From the NCBI GenBank assembly GCA_028714455.1, contig JAQTMG010000001.1, positions 64,568 through 128,567 of the forward strand: 64,000 nucleotides of DNA. Direction: 5' to 3'. The stretch is from Patescibacteria group bacterium (GTDB taxonomy: Bacteria > Patescibacteriota > Patescibacteriia > CAIXNZ01). How positions within the stretch are numbered: position 1 is the first letter of the stretch; each line of letters begins with the position of its first letter. The position numbers and the translations under genes were made by a program. Shown piece by piece: positions 1-8,613 of this stretch. The notes under the pieces are model-generated. The model saw nothing but the letters and a program-made list of their open reading frames with translations, had not been told where the DNA came from and searched no databases.

Positions 1-58
1 CGCTTGTAGTGTCGATTGTGGCAGTTATTATTGCCGGATTAAATAAATTTAGCATAAC

Positions 59-87
59 TTGACTAAAATATTAACTCTTGCTAAGAT
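59..87 (+). promoter_or_regulatory. sigma70-like promoter TTGACT-17-TAAGAT
   Basis: TTGACT at 59-64, 17-nt spacer, TAAGAT at 82-87; would drive the structured RNA that follows. Confidence 0.4.
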
Positions 88-240
88 GCTTACACAACAT
101 TAAAACACTATTCCACCCCGCCTCGCGGGGACAATCCGGCTAAAGCCGAGATAAATGAAACCCTCGAGGTTTCAATGGTGTGATTTCTAGCTCAAGGCCC
201 AAAGCTCCAAGCTAATATAATCCCGCCATGGGATTTTTTT
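88..240 (+). ncRNA. candidate small structured RNA / rpsF leader ending in an intrinsic terminator
   Basis: Several perfect hairpins: CCCCGC-ctc-GCGGGG, GAAACC-ctcga-GGTTTC. It ends with AATCCC-gccat-GGGATT followed by T7 (219-240). No ORF. Confidence 0.35.
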
Positions 241-293
241 AATGCCTACAAAAAAATTCATAATTCTTAATTCATCATTCATAATTAATATCT

Positions 294-779
294 ATGAGAA
301 TCGAACACTACGAAATCCTTTACATTCTGCCCATGTCCTACACTACTGAAGAAGTAAAGCCGATTACGCAAAAAGTCGCTGAATTAATTAAAACAAATGG
401 CGGCACCATCGCCAAGGAGCAGGATTTAGACAAGCAAAAATTTGCTTATCCAATCAAGAACCAAAGTCATGGCTATTATTTTGTTTACGAATTTGATTTG
501 CCGACTGATAAATTAGCCGCGCTAAATCGCATCTTACAACTGACAAGTGAAGTTTTGAGATTTATCGTCGTTAAAAAACAAATCAAATCAGCCGAACAGA
601 TTAAAGAGGCGGCCAGAATTCAGGAAAAGATTGCCAAGAAAAAAGAAAAAGCCATGGTTGAGGAAGCCAAGGTTGAAAAAGTGAGCAAGGAAAAAGAAAA
701 AGAAAAAACCAAAATTAGCCTCGAAGATCTGGATAAAAAACTTGACGAGATTCTCGACGACACAAAAGAAATGCTATAA
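294..779 (+). CDS. rpsF: 30S ribosomal protein S6 with a Lys/Glu-rich C-terminal extension
   Basis: N-terminal 95 aa align to the S6 family (..HYEILYIL..QKFAYPI..GYYFVYEF..). Gene order is rpsF-ssb-rpsR. Confidence 0.9.
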   Translation: MRIEHYEILYILPMSYTTEEVKPITQKVAELIKTNGGTIAKEQDLDKQKFAYPIKNQSHGYYFVYEFDLPTDKLAALNRILQLTSEVLRFIVVKKQIKSAEQIKEAARIQEKIAKKKEKAMVEEAKVEKVSKEKEKEKTKISLEDLDKKLDEILDDTKEML

Positions 780-932
780 AATATAAGAGCTAAAAGAGCT
801 ATAAGAAAAAGATGAACTAAAGGATAATAGGAAAATGCGCATCCCTTTCCTCCTTTAAACCTATAGACCTATCGCTCCTATAAATAACTTGCAAACTTAT
901 TTAATTTAATTAAACTAATTAACCAAAGTCAT

Positions 933-1391
933 ATGAATTTAAACAAAGTAATGATCATCGGCAATTTGACTCGCGACCCAGAAGTGAGATCAACGCCTGC
1001 CGGCGCTTCTGTCACGAGCTTTTCAGTCGCTACCAATCTCGTCTGGACCGATGCGAACGGACAAAAACAGGAAAGAGTCGAGTATCATAATGTAGTCGCC
1101 TGGAGACGTCTGGCTGACATCATCGGCCAATATCTAAGAAAAGGAAGCAAGGTTTACATCGAGGGCCGATTACAAACGCGCGACTGGGTGGGCCAGGACG
1201 GCGTAAAAAGATACAGAACCGAAATCATCGCCGAAAACATGATTATGCTTGACAGGCCAGGGAACCAGCCGAATCAACCAACTTCACCAGCGCCCAGCGC
1301 TGATATTCCGGTGATCGAACAAGAAGCCGCTCCAAAAAAGGAAGCCGAAACCGAGAGCGATGAAATTAAGCTTGAGGATATTCCTTTTTAA
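933..1391 (+). CDS. ssb: single-stranded DNA-binding protein
   Basis: OB-fold SSB N-terminus (MNLNKVMIIGNLTRDPE..R..V..F..) and an acidic C-terminal tail ending DIPF. Confidence 0.9.
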   Translation: MNLNKVMIIGNLTRDPEVRSTPAGASVTSFSVATNLVWTDANGQKQERVEYHNVVAWRRLADIIGQYLRKGSKVYIEGRLQTRDWVGQDGVKRYRTEIIAENMIMLDRPGNQPNQPTSPAPSADIPVIEQEAAPKKEAETESDEIKLEDIPF

Positions 1392-1432
1392 TCAATTTGA
1401 AACTGTGGATTTATATAAATAATTATCTAATT

Positions 1433-1687
1433 ATGCCAATACAAAGAAACAGAAAGCCGCAGCAAAGAAATAATCCCGAAAAAGTAGTCAGAGAATGTTA
1501 TTTTTGCCAAAATAATATCAACGACATTGATTACAAAGACGGCCAGTTTTTGAGACGCTGGCTTTCTTCATACTGCAAAATAGTGCCAAGACGCAGAAGC
1601 GGAGTTTGCACCAAGCACCAGAGAAAACTTTCTCAAGCGATCAAACGCTCCCGCTACATGTCTCTCTTGCCCTACACACAAAGATAA
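1433..1687 (+). CDS. rpsR: 30S ribosomal protein S18
   Basis: ..IDYKD...L..F....GKI.PRR.SG.C.KHQR.L..AIKR.R...LLPY. The ORF opens at 1397, but the likely start is MPIQRNR at 1433. Confidence 0.85.
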   Translation: MPIQRNRKPQQRNNPEKVVRECYFCQNNINDIDYKDGQFLRRWLSSYCKIVPRRRSGVCTKHQRKLSQAIKRSRYMSLLPYTQR

Positions 1688-1705
1688 AAAATTAAACAAT
1701 TAGTT

Positions 1706-2272
1706 ATGATTTCGAGTTTAAACGATATTAAAAAGGGTCTAAGCATTAATTTCAACGGCGAGCCATTTATCGTGTTGGAAGCGCGCTTTGTCAGAATGCA
1801 ACAGAGAAAACCCGTCATGCAGACAAAACTGCGCAACCTGATCACCGGTAAGGTGCTGGAATATTCCTTCAAACAGGGCGAGCGCGTTGAAGAAGCGGAC
1901 CTCGAAAGGGGCAAGGCGAATTTTTTATACAAGGATGACAGCTTTGCCAATTTCATGGATAACAAAAGCTACGAGCAGTTCACCATACCGCTTGATGTTT
2001 TGGGCGACAAAATTAAATTTTTAAAAGAGGGAACCGAGTGCGACGTTTTATATTATGAAGGAAATCCGGTCAGCGTCGATATCCCGATAAAAATAACTCT
2101 CAAAGTTACTTCCGCGCCGCCAGGAGTAAAAGGCGACACAGCCAGCAATGTGACTAAACAGGTTACTTTGGAAACCGGCGCCACAATTAATGCTCCGCTA
2201 TTTATCAAAGAAGGTGAAAATATAGTTGTTAACACTGATACATCCGAATATGTAGAGCGCGCCAATAATTAA
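1706..2272 (+). CDS. efp: elongation factor P
   Basis: Full-length EF-P similarity (..KKGLSINFNGEPFIVLEA.FV..Q...V..KLRNL.TG....). Confidence 0.9.
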   Translation: MISSLNDIKKGLSINFNGEPFIVLEARFVRMQQRKPVMQTKLRNLITGKVLEYSFKQGERVEEADLERGKANFLYKDDSFANFMDNKSYEQFTIPLDVLGDKIKFLKEGTECDVLYYEGNPVSVDIPIKITLKVTSAPPGVKGDTASNVTKQVTLETGATINAPLFIKEGENIVVNTDTSEYVERANN

Positions 2273-2324
2273 AATCTCCGGAACAAAAAATCGACGCTAG
2301 GCGCCGATTTTTTATTGAGAGATA

Positions 2325-2353
2325 TTGACAAAAATCATTTTTAGCGCTATCAT
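2325..2353 (+). promoter_or_regulatory. sigma70-like promoter TTGACA-17-TATCAT
   Basis: Perfect -35, 17-nt spacer, TATCAT -10. Followed by AAAAAGGAGGGAAG and an ATG at 2377. Confidence 0.5.
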
Positions 2354-2376
2354 TACATAAATAAAAAGGAGGGAAG

Positions 2377-2523
2377 ATGAAAAAAGAAAAAGTGGCGACT
2401 GGCGTTGCCAAAAAAATGACCAACTGGATGCTTCGGGGGAAAAGGCATCAGGTCATTCCCAACAAAAAACGCGACACACGCCACCCCAAGCACCGGCCAG
2501 ATTATCGCAATTGCGATGACTAG
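2377..2523 (+). CDS. 48-aa highly basic small protein of unknown function
   Basis: Not in the ORF track (shorter than 60 aa). MKKEKVATGVAKKMTNWMLRGKRHQVIPNKKRDTRHPKHRPDYRNCDD. Strong SD, its own promoter and terminator, elevated GC. Confidence 0.4.
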   Translation: MKKEKVATGVAKKMTNWMLRGKRHQVIPNKKRDTRHPKHRPDYRNCDD

Positions 2524-2577
2524 GCCGGTTTTTTTATAAAGAAAAAACCCGTTCCACTTTCCGTGAAACGGGCTTTG
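2524..2577. terminator. bidirectional intrinsic terminator
   Basis: CCCGTT..AACGGG stem flanked by T/A runs on both strands. Serves the small + gene and the minus-strand SLT gene. Confidence 0.5.
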
Positions 2578-2586
2578 TTTGGCGAG

Positions 2587-3135
2587 TTATCCTCCCCAGC
2601 AGTGCCTGGAAGCGTTCCACTTCCAAATATTGCCGGCTTTGATTTGTCCAATCGCCCACTTAGTCGCGAAAATCGGGTCGTTGGCATTCTTCTTGCTAAC
2701 CCCTGGATTGTGTTCAGGGACAATCTGGAATAAACCGTAATCACCGGTTGGTCCAGACACTTGCGGCCTCCAACCACTTTCGCATTTGATTATGCGATAC
2801 AGCAGATCCACATTTTCGAAGCTTGCTTCTTCTGCCAGATCGCGCACCAGCTGCTTTAGATTGGCTGGCTTGGCTTTGCTAGTTTTTTTCTTGGGCGAAA
2901 AATAAGCCCAAAATTTGCCCTTGCTATCTTTGCGCAAAGTAATTTTGACGTCATTATAGGCAACTCGCTTGCCGTTTGACATCTCGATCAAAACGCTTTC
3001 CATCACGTTTTCTTTTTCTGAAGAAACTTTCTGGACCTGGCGCGATTTGTCATGCGTTCTGGTAGCCAGAGTCAAAAAGGCGAGGCACAAAATTCCTGCC
3101 TCCATCAGCACTATTTTGAGATAAAATTTTTTCAA
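2587..3135 (-). CDS. secreted lytic transglycosylase (SLT-domain) like protein
   Basis: Signal/TM N-terminus. The ..CESGW.....GDYGLFQI.. motif resembles the SLT catalytic ES-GLMQ signature. Confidence 0.6.
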   Translation of the reverse strand: MKKFYLKIVLMEAGILCLAFLTLATRTHDKSRQVQKVSSEKENVMESVLIEMSNGKRVAYNDVKITLRKDSKGKFWAYFSPKKKTSKAKPANLKQLVRDLAEEASFENVDLLYRIIKCESGWRPQVSGPTGDYGLFQIVPEHNPGVSKKNANDPIFATKWAIGQIKAGNIWKWNASRHCWGG

Positions 3136-3279
3136 GGTACCCTCCTTGCCGCTTACGGCTGATATTGGTTATCAATGTTTTTTCGCCTTAACCAATTCCC
3201 CTATATTTATAATTTTATAGTTTATCACATAAAAATGATTCTGTCAATTTTAAAACCCCCTGACCGGGGGCTTTAAATT

Positions 3280-4326
3280 CTAGCTATTTGATTCTGCTTC
3301 GTTTAGTTCAACCTTATCCCACACGTCTTTTCTAATCGTCTTAACTATCTTGGGATTATCTTTCAGAAATTGTTTGGCGGTTTCGCGGCCCACGCCCAGC
3401 TTAACCTCGCCGTCTTTTTTGTCTTCAAAATTATAAGTGTTGCCTGATTTTTTGATAACTCCCATTTCAGTCGCGGTGTCCAAGACATCGCCGACAATGG
3501 AAATTCCTTCATTGTACAAAATATCAAATTCACAAGAGCGGAACGGAGGAGCGACTTTATTTTTTACAATCTTGGCCTTAACTCGGTTGCCAATAAATTT
3601 GTCTCCCTGCTTAATCTGGGCCGCTCGGCGCACCTCAATTCGAATCGAGGAATAAAATTTAAGCGCCGTGCCGCCTGTCGTTGTCTCGGGATTGCCGAAG
3701 AAGACACCGATTTTTTGGCGTGTCTGATTTATAAAAATTAAAATGGTTTTTGATTTACTAATAACACCCGCCAGTTTTCTCAAAGCCTGGCTCATCAGAC
3801 GCGCCTGCAAAGCCATGTGATGTTCGCCCATTTCTCCTTCAATTTCAGCTTTCGGCGTCAGAGCCGCCACCGAATCAACTACTATCACGTCGACACCATT
3901 GGAGCGTACTAAAGTTTCCACAATATCCAGAGCCTGCTCGCCAGTGTCTGGCTGGGAAATCAAAAGCTCGTCAATGTTCACTCCGATTTTTTTGGCATAA
4001 TCTGGATCAAGCGCATGTTCGGCATCCACAAAAGCTGCCAAACCGCCTTGCTTTTGCACTTCAGCCACAATATGTTGCGCCAAAGTAGTTTTGCCGGACG
4101 CCTCGGGACCAAAAATTTCAATAATCCGGCCGCGCGGCACGCCGCCAACTCCCAGGGCTATATCCAGCGATAAACAACCCGTTGAAACCGCTTCAACCTG
4201 CATAGCCTTGGCTTCGCCAAGCTTCATAATCGCACCATCACCAAATTTTTCTTTAATCTGCGAAATGGCTGTCTCGGCCGCTCTTTCTCTTTCACTGCTT
4301 TCCCCCTTGTCATTCCTCTTATCCAT
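3280..4326 (-). CDS. recA: recombinase RecA
   Basis: [11 protein letters not shown] Walker A and full-length RecA similarity. Confidence 0.95.
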   Translation of the reverse strand: MDKRNDKGESSERERAAETAISQIKEKFGDGAIMKLGEAKAMQVEAVSTGCLSLDIALGVGGVPRGRIIEIFGPEASGKTTLAQHIVAEVQKQGGLAAFVDAEHALDPDYAKKIGVNIDELLISQPDTGEQALDIVETLVRSNGVDVIVVDSVAALTPKAEIEGEMGEHHMALQARLMSQALRKLAGVISKSKTILIFINQTRQKIGVFFGNPETTTGGTALKFYSSIRIEVRRAAQIKQGDKFIGNRVKAKIVKNKVAPPFRSCEFDILYNEGISIVGDVLDTATEMGVIKKSGNTYNFEDKKDGEVKLGVGRETAKQFLKDNPKIVKTIRKDVWDKVELNEAESNS

Positions 4327-4421
4327 AAAAATGTTTATTGAACCACCGATTTATTTACACTGATTACACAAATCCGTGTCATCCGTGATTAAAAACCCGT
4401 GTTTCAGATATCTATTAATAA

Positions 4422-5054
4422 TTATTGAACTAAAATTTCTCTGTAAATCACATTCTCGCTGCTGTGTTTTTTCGATGCTGATATTTTAATGGTATTCAAG
4501 CCTTTTTGCAAATCCAGCGTGGCTAAAAAACCTCCATTAGGGTCTATAAATATTTCCTTACCGTTAATAAAAACTCTGGCCTCTTTTTCTGTTTCACCTT
4601 TGACCTCAATGAAATTCTGGGTTGTGGTCAAGCTCTGCGGTGGCTGGTCGACTTCGAGAAATGGCGGTGTAAATATCTGATTAATCTGTATGCCTAAATA
4701 AATTAACAGGACCAGCAATATAATTCCCATGACGACGTAACGAAATAATTGGGGCGTCATGTAAACCTTGGTTTCCCCTTGAACTTTTTGTTTTTCCAGA
4801 TTTGCGCCCTTATTTATCTCCCGCCCTTTGTTAAAAAGATTTAACAATTTATTGTAATCAAGAGACAGATATTCGGCGTAGGACTTTATCAAATTTTTAG
4901 CGTACAAATCCTCCGGCAGTATCGCGTGGTCATCATTTTCCAGGGCCAGAATCATGCGCTTACTGATCTTGGTATCCTTTTCCACCTGTTCAATTTTGAG
5001 TCCTGCCTCTTCGCGATAGCGTTTTAAAACATGGCCGAGTGTCTCTTCTCTCAT
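4422..5054 (-). CDS. RodZ-like HTH/transmembrane protein
   Basis: N-terminal XRE-type HTH, a single TM helix, and a C-terminal extracytoplasmic domain. Confidence 0.55.
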   Translation of the reverse strand: MREETLGHVLKRYREEAGLKIEQVEKDTKISKRMILALENDDHAILPEDLYAKNLIKSYAEYLSLDYNKLLNLFNKGREINKGANLEKQKVQGETKVYMTPQLFRYVVMGIILLVLLIYLGIQINQIFTPPFLEVDQPPQSLTTTQNFIEVKGETEKEARVFINGKEIFIDPNGGFLATLDLQKGLNTIKISASKKHSSENVIYREILVQ

Positions 5055-5138
5055 AAATAAAATGTAATTTGAACCACGAAATTTTTATCGCTAAATACAC
5101 GAGAATTTCGTGAGTTTTTCGTGAATTATTTTCGTGGT

Positions 5139-7445
5139 TTAAAACTCATTATTCTTTTCAATTTCTTTTGCTTCCTCTTCGGCGTCAACCTCTTCTGATT
5201 CATCATCTGGTAATTCTAATTCTTCGTCTTCACTTTCTTCGTCAACTTCTTCCGAACCCTCATCGTTTGTTGGCAATTCTGCCTCGTTGTCATCAACTTC
5301 TCTTTCAGTCACTAAAATCTCTCTGGGTTTAGCGCCCTCGCCTGGCCCGACAATACCAGCCTCTTCCAGCAAGTCCATCAAACGCGCGGCTCGGGCGTAA
5401 CCGACTTTTAATCTTCTCTGCAAAAATGAAGTGGAAGCTTTGCCGGCTTGCAAAATTATTTCCTTAGCTTCTTCAAAAAGTTCATCGCCCTGATTTGGAT
5501 CAGAAAAATCAACGCTGCCGTCGCCGTTTAAAGATTGGTGTTTTTCCACAACCGCCCGGTCATAGTCGGGTTTTTCGCCGCTTTCTTTAAGGTAATCAAC
5601 CACGCGATTTATTTCTGCATCCGAGAGAAAGGCTCCTTGCAGACGTTTGGGCTTAGAAAGTTCGGCGCTGGTGTAAAGCATGTCGCCGCGGCCCAGAAGT
5701 TTTTCTGCGCCGGCGTGATCCAGGATTGTTCTGGAGTCAGTGATGGAAGCCACGGCAAAAGCGATTCTGCCGGGGATATTGGCTTTAATTAAGCCGGTGA
5801 TGACTTCAACCGATGGCCTTTGTGTCGCCAACACCAAATGGATACCAACGGCGCGAGACATTTGGGCCAAACGTATAATTAGACCCTCAACCTCATGACC
5901 CATGCTGGACATTAAGTCCGCCATTTCATCGACCACAAAAATTATATAGGGCATTTTTTCTTGAGAGATTTTATTAAAGTCATCGATATTTCTTTTGCCC
6001 ATTTTTTCCAAGACAATATAACGGCGATCCATTTCAGCTATGGTCCACTTCAAAGCGTTGACTGTTTTTTTCACGTCAGTGATAACTGGTGTCAGCAGAT
6101 GAGGTATCTCGTTATAAAGCGGCATTTCCACGCGTTTCGGGTCAACGATAATTAATTTTAAAGTGTCAGGACCATTTTGATAAAGTAAACTGGTTATGAC
6201 GGTGTGCAAGCAAACTGATTTGCCCGAACCAGTTTGGCCAGCGACTAATAAGTGCGGCATCTTGCCCAAATCAGCCACCCAGGTATTACCGGCTACATCG
6301 CGACCAAGCGGAATAGTCAGCAAGGTCTTGCGCTGTTTAAATTCCGGACTTTCCAAAAGCTCGCGTAAGCGTACGATGGCCACCGATTGATTGGGCACTT
6401 CAATGCCAACAAGCGACTTGCCGGGAATTGGCGCTTCAATTCTCAATGGGTGAGCGGCCAGGGCTAGGGCCAAATCATCTTGAAGCGCCGTGATGCGAGA
6501 AAGTTTAATGCCTTCGGCTGGTTTTAAAGTATATTGGGTAACTGTCGGGCCAACGCTAATGTCTCCCATCTCAACTGGTATGCCAAAACTCTCCAGGGTT
6601 TTTTGAATTATTTGTTTGTTGGCAGCGATGTTGCCCGAGGTCGGTTTGCTTAACTTGTCATCTAGCAAATCAAGGGGCAAATCTATTTTGTGATAAATCT
6701 TTTTTGTTTTTGGCTCATCGAGCTTGAATTCTTCTTTAGCCGATTCTTTTTCTCTAGTTTCGATTTTTTTGCTGGCAAAAGTAACCTCTTTTTCTTCTTC
6801 ATTTATAGCTTCGTTAGCTTCCTCGTCTTGTTCTTCTTCATTTTCATCGTACTCCTCCTCTCCGCGAGCAAATTTCAATTTTATGTGATAATACCAAATT
6901 GAAAGGCGATCAAAAATTTTGCCAAAAATCGAGCCTGATTCTCTGAAATTATCAATCGAATTATTAATCATTAACAAAATGGAGATGAAAAAAATCGCCA
7001 CCAGCGTGATCAGGGTCGCCCAAAAACCCATCACATTTTGTAAACTGTAGCTTAAAAATAATCCAACGTAACCGCCGCCACGCCCTTCATCAACGGCTAA
7101 GATAGCGTCACTCAATGGAATCACCAAGTGAAAAAGCGCCGTAAAACTCAAAACAAAGAAAAAGAAACCAACATAACTGATAGTGTTTATTTTTTCTTTT
7201 TTATTTAATAATACCCAGCCCCACAAAATTAAAATCACGGGAAAAGCGAATTTTGTCCAGCCCAAAAATAATGACAAAATTTTATCAATCTCTTCGCCCA
7301 CTCTACCCGCCAAATTAAATAAGCCAAGCAAAGAAATGCCGGCTATCGCGAATAAAAATATGATAAAAATCCACTTTTGCGTTTCTGGATGAATTTCTAC
7401 GCGTCTGATGCCATTTTTAGAGTTCCTATTTTTGTTTTTTGACAT
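5139..7445 (-). CDS. ftsK: DNA translocase FtsK/SpoIIIE with N-terminal TM domain, acidic linker and acidic C-terminal tail
   Basis: VAGQTGSGKSV Walker A, a full motor domain, and a gamma-like winged-helix followed by an E/D-rich extension. Confidence 0.9.
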   Translation of the reverse strand: MSKNKNRNSKNGIRRVEIHPETQKWIFIIFLFAIAGISLLGLFNLAGRVGEEIDKILSLFLGWTKFAFPVILILWGWVLLNKKEKINTISYVGFFFFVLSFTALFHLVIPLSDAILAVDEGRGGGYVGLFLSYSLQNVMGFWATLITLVAIFFISILLMINNSIDNFRESGSIFGKIFDRLSIWYYHIKLKFARGEEEYDENEEEQDEEANEAINEEEKEVTFASKKIETREKESAKEEFKLDEPKTKKIYHKIDLPLDLLDDKLSKPTSGNIAANKQIIQKTLESFGIPVEMGDISVGPTVTQYTLKPAEGIKLSRITALQDDLALALAAHPLRIEAPIPGKSLVGIEVPNQSVAIVRLRELLESPEFKQRKTLLTIPLGRDVAGNTWVADLGKMPHLLVAGQTGSGKSVCLHTVITSLLYQNGPDTLKLIIVDPKRVEMPLYNEIPHLLTPVITDVKKTVNALKWTIAEMDRRYIVLEKMGKRNIDDFNKISQEKMPYIIFVVDEMADLMSSMGHEVEGLIIRLAQMSRAVGIHLVLATQRPSVEVITGLIKANIPGRIAFAVASITDSRTILDHAGAEKLLGRGDMLYTSAELSKPKRLQGAFLSDAEINRVVDYLKESGEKPDYDRAVVEKHQSLNGDGSVDFSDPNQGDELFEEAKEIILQAGKASTSFLQRRLKVGYARAARLMDLLEEAGIVGPGEGAKPREILVTEREVDDNEAELPTNDEGSEEVDEESEDEELELPDDESEEVDAEEEAKEIEKNNEF

Positions 7446-7602
7446 AGTAATTTAAAAAATATAAGCGCTAAATTGCCCCTTTTGTATTCAAATTTTATCA
7501 TAAAAATATATATTAAGCAAAACAAAAAAACTCCGTAGGAGTTCAAATAATAAATTTTTCCAATTCCTAATATCTAATACCTAATTACTAATTTCCAAAC
7601 TT

Positions 7603-7660
7603 GAGCGGGGTGACCGGAATCGAACCCCGCACCGCAGGGGTACGGGGCAGGCCGTCACTG
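7603..7660 (-). pseudogene. 3' tRNA-like fragment (Gly-like acceptor ..ACCCCGCTCA) fused to the GC-rich motif
   Basis: rc: CTGCCCCGTAC..GTGCGGGGTTCGATTCCGGTCACCCCGCTCA. Too short for a tRNA and has no foldable T-arm. Confidence 0.35.
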
Positions 7661-7663
7661 TTG

Positions 7664-7736
7664 AGCGGGTAACGGGAATTGAACCCGTATCTCCAGCTTG
7701 GAAGGCTAGCATAATAAGCCATTATACTATACCCGC
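7664..7736 (-). tRNA. tRNA-Gly(TCC)
   Basis: rc: GCGGGTA..CTAGC-CTTCCAA-GCTGG..ACGGG-TTCAATT-CCCGT-TACCCGC-T. Weak, AT-rich D-arm. Confidence 0.6.
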
Positions 7737-7744
7737 ATGATTTA

Positions 7745-7821
7745 TGGTCGGGCTGGTGGGACTCGAACCCACGATCTCTTGGTCCCAAACCAAGCGCGAT
7801 AGCCAGCTTCGCTACAGCCCG
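7745..7821 (-). tRNA. tRNA-Pro(TGG), CCA encoded
   Basis: rc: CGGGCTG-TA-GCGA..TCGC-G-CTTGG-TTTGGGA-CCAAG..GTGGG-TTCGAGT-CCCAC-CAGCCCG-A-CCA. Confidence 0.85.
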
Positions 7822-7894
7822 TCAACAGCAAGAGTCATGAGATATGAGCAAGAGTATAAACTGTTGCTCAAAACTCTAATCTCAAAACTCACAT

Positions 7895-7950
7895 TGCCGA
7901 GGGGGAGAACCCCGTACTATATTTCGCCTTGCTCAATAAGTACGGGGCAG
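7895..7950 (-). pseudogene. truncated 3' fragment of a tRNA-Phe paralog (acceptor CCTCGGC-A) abutting the GC-rich motif
   Basis: rc: CTGCCCCGTAC-TTATTGAGCAAGGCGAAATATAGTACGGGG-TTCT-CCCC-CTCGGC-A. The acceptor 3' strand is complementary to the 5' fragment at 8141-8220. Confidence 0.4.
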
Positions 7951-8068
7951 GTCAGACTCCCGACCCCGCACCATCTCACTGCGTTCGATGTGCGGGGCAG
8001 GCTCGATTTCCTATACTGCCCTCGTCAACTATTTTTAAATTTTCAGACCGGAGTTTATCCCGCACAAA

Positions 8069-8140
8069 TGCCAAGGGGGAGAATCGGACTCCCGACGCAA
8101 GGATTTTCAGTCCTTCGCTCTACCACTGAGCTACCTTGGC
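8069..8140 (-). tRNA. tRNA-Phe(GAA)
   Basis: rc: GCCAAGG-TA-GCTC-AGTGGTA-GAGC-G-AAGGA-CTGAAAA-TCCTT-GCGTC-GGGAG-TCCGATT-CTCCC-CCTTGGC-A. Confidence 0.85.
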
Positions 8141-8220
8141 AAATAAATCCCTGGCATTTGTGCGGGGCTCTACCACTGCCTGCCCACCGAAGCACGAAGT
8201 GCGTAGGTGGGAGCTACCTC
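8141..8220 (-). pseudogene. 5' fragment of a tRNA-Phe paralog (GCCGAGG-TA-GCTC..AGTGGTAGAGC) with a 33-nt hairpin insertion in the D-loop
   Basis: rc begins GGCCGAGGTAGCTC[CCACCTACGCACTTCGTGCTTCGGTGGGCAGGC]AGTGGTAGAGC, followed by CCCCGCAC. Confidence 0.4.
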
Positions 8221-8320
8221 GGCCAGATATAAGTTTGTGTATGAATCGTACGAATCGTATTTTGCGATAAATCTAAAAATACGAATATAATCACTTCTGC
8301 ACACAGACTTATATCTGGCC
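8221..8320. repeat. 100-bp element with 20-bp terminal inverted repeats (GGCCAGATATAAGTTTGTGT ... ACACAGACTTATATCTGGCC), MITE-like
   Basis: 19/20 matching TIRs enclosing an AT-rich 60-bp core with a GAATCGTA direct repeat. Confidence 0.5.
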
Positions 8321-8336
8321 ACGGCCAATTTAATTG

Positions 8337-8376
8337 TGCGCGTGGATGGAATCGAACCATCGACCTCGTCATTACC
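8337..8376 (-). pseudogene. 3' half of a tRNA-Ile paralog (anticodon-loop to acceptor; acceptor CACGCGC-A)
   Basis: rc: GTGCGGGGCAG-GTAATGACG-AGGTC-GATGG-TTCGATT-CCATC-CACGCGC-A. Identical to the intact tRNA-Ile from position ~36 except for the acceptor. Confidence 0.45.
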
Positions 8377-8401
8377 TGCCCCGCACTAAATTTGCTAACT
8401 G

Positions 8402-8475
8402 TGGACGTGGATGGAATCGAACCATCGACCTCGTCATTATCAGTGACGCGCTCTAACCATCTGAGCTACACGTCC
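8402..8475 (-). tRNA. tRNA-Ile(GAT)
   Basis: rc: GGACGTG-TA-GCTC-AGATGGTTA-GAGC-G-CGTCA-CTGATAA-TGACG-AGGTC-GATGG-TTCGATT-CCATC-CACGTCC-A. Confidence 0.85.
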
Positions 8476-8575
8476 TTATTTAATAAAAAATTTTTAAAGC
8501 AAATTTCAGTGCGGGGTCAGTGACCGACCCCAAATCTTCAAAGCAGTGACCCCGCACCAATGCTTCGCATTGTGC

Positions 8576-8613
8576 GGGGCGCAGCGCGCTCTAACCATCT
8601 GAGCTACACGCGC
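8576..8613 (-). pseudogene. 5' fragment of a tRNA-Ile paralog (acceptor GCGCGTG, D-arm identical to the intact gene)
   Basis: rc: G-GCGCGTG-TA-GCTCAGATGGTTAGAGC-GCG, then CTGCGCCCCGCAC. The acceptor is complementary to the 3' half at 8337-8343. Confidence 0.45.

Larger units (their letters stand above)
7636..8584. repeat. family of GC-rich 11-nt inverted-repeat motifs GTGCGGGGCAG / CTGCCCCGCAC (at least 10 copies) forming A-A'-A hairpin triplets
   Basis: Copies at 7640-7650, 7940-7950, 7963-7971, 7990-8000, 8160-8168, 8376-8386, 8509-8520, 8550-8557, 8572-8584. Each sits next to a tRNA-fragment breakpoint. Confidence 0.6.

Noticed and set aside
1397-1432. N-terminal extension MKLWIYINNYLI on ribosomal protein S18
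   Set aside because: Conserved S18 begins at MPIQRNR. The extension is translated intergenic AT-rich DNA.
7588-8232. ORFs 7588-7788(-), 7744-8232(+) and 7929-8129(+)
   Set aside because: They lie over tRNA-Gly, tRNA-Pro, tRNA-Phe and the tRNA fragments. Peptides such as VGLEPT and GFESH are translations of T-arms.
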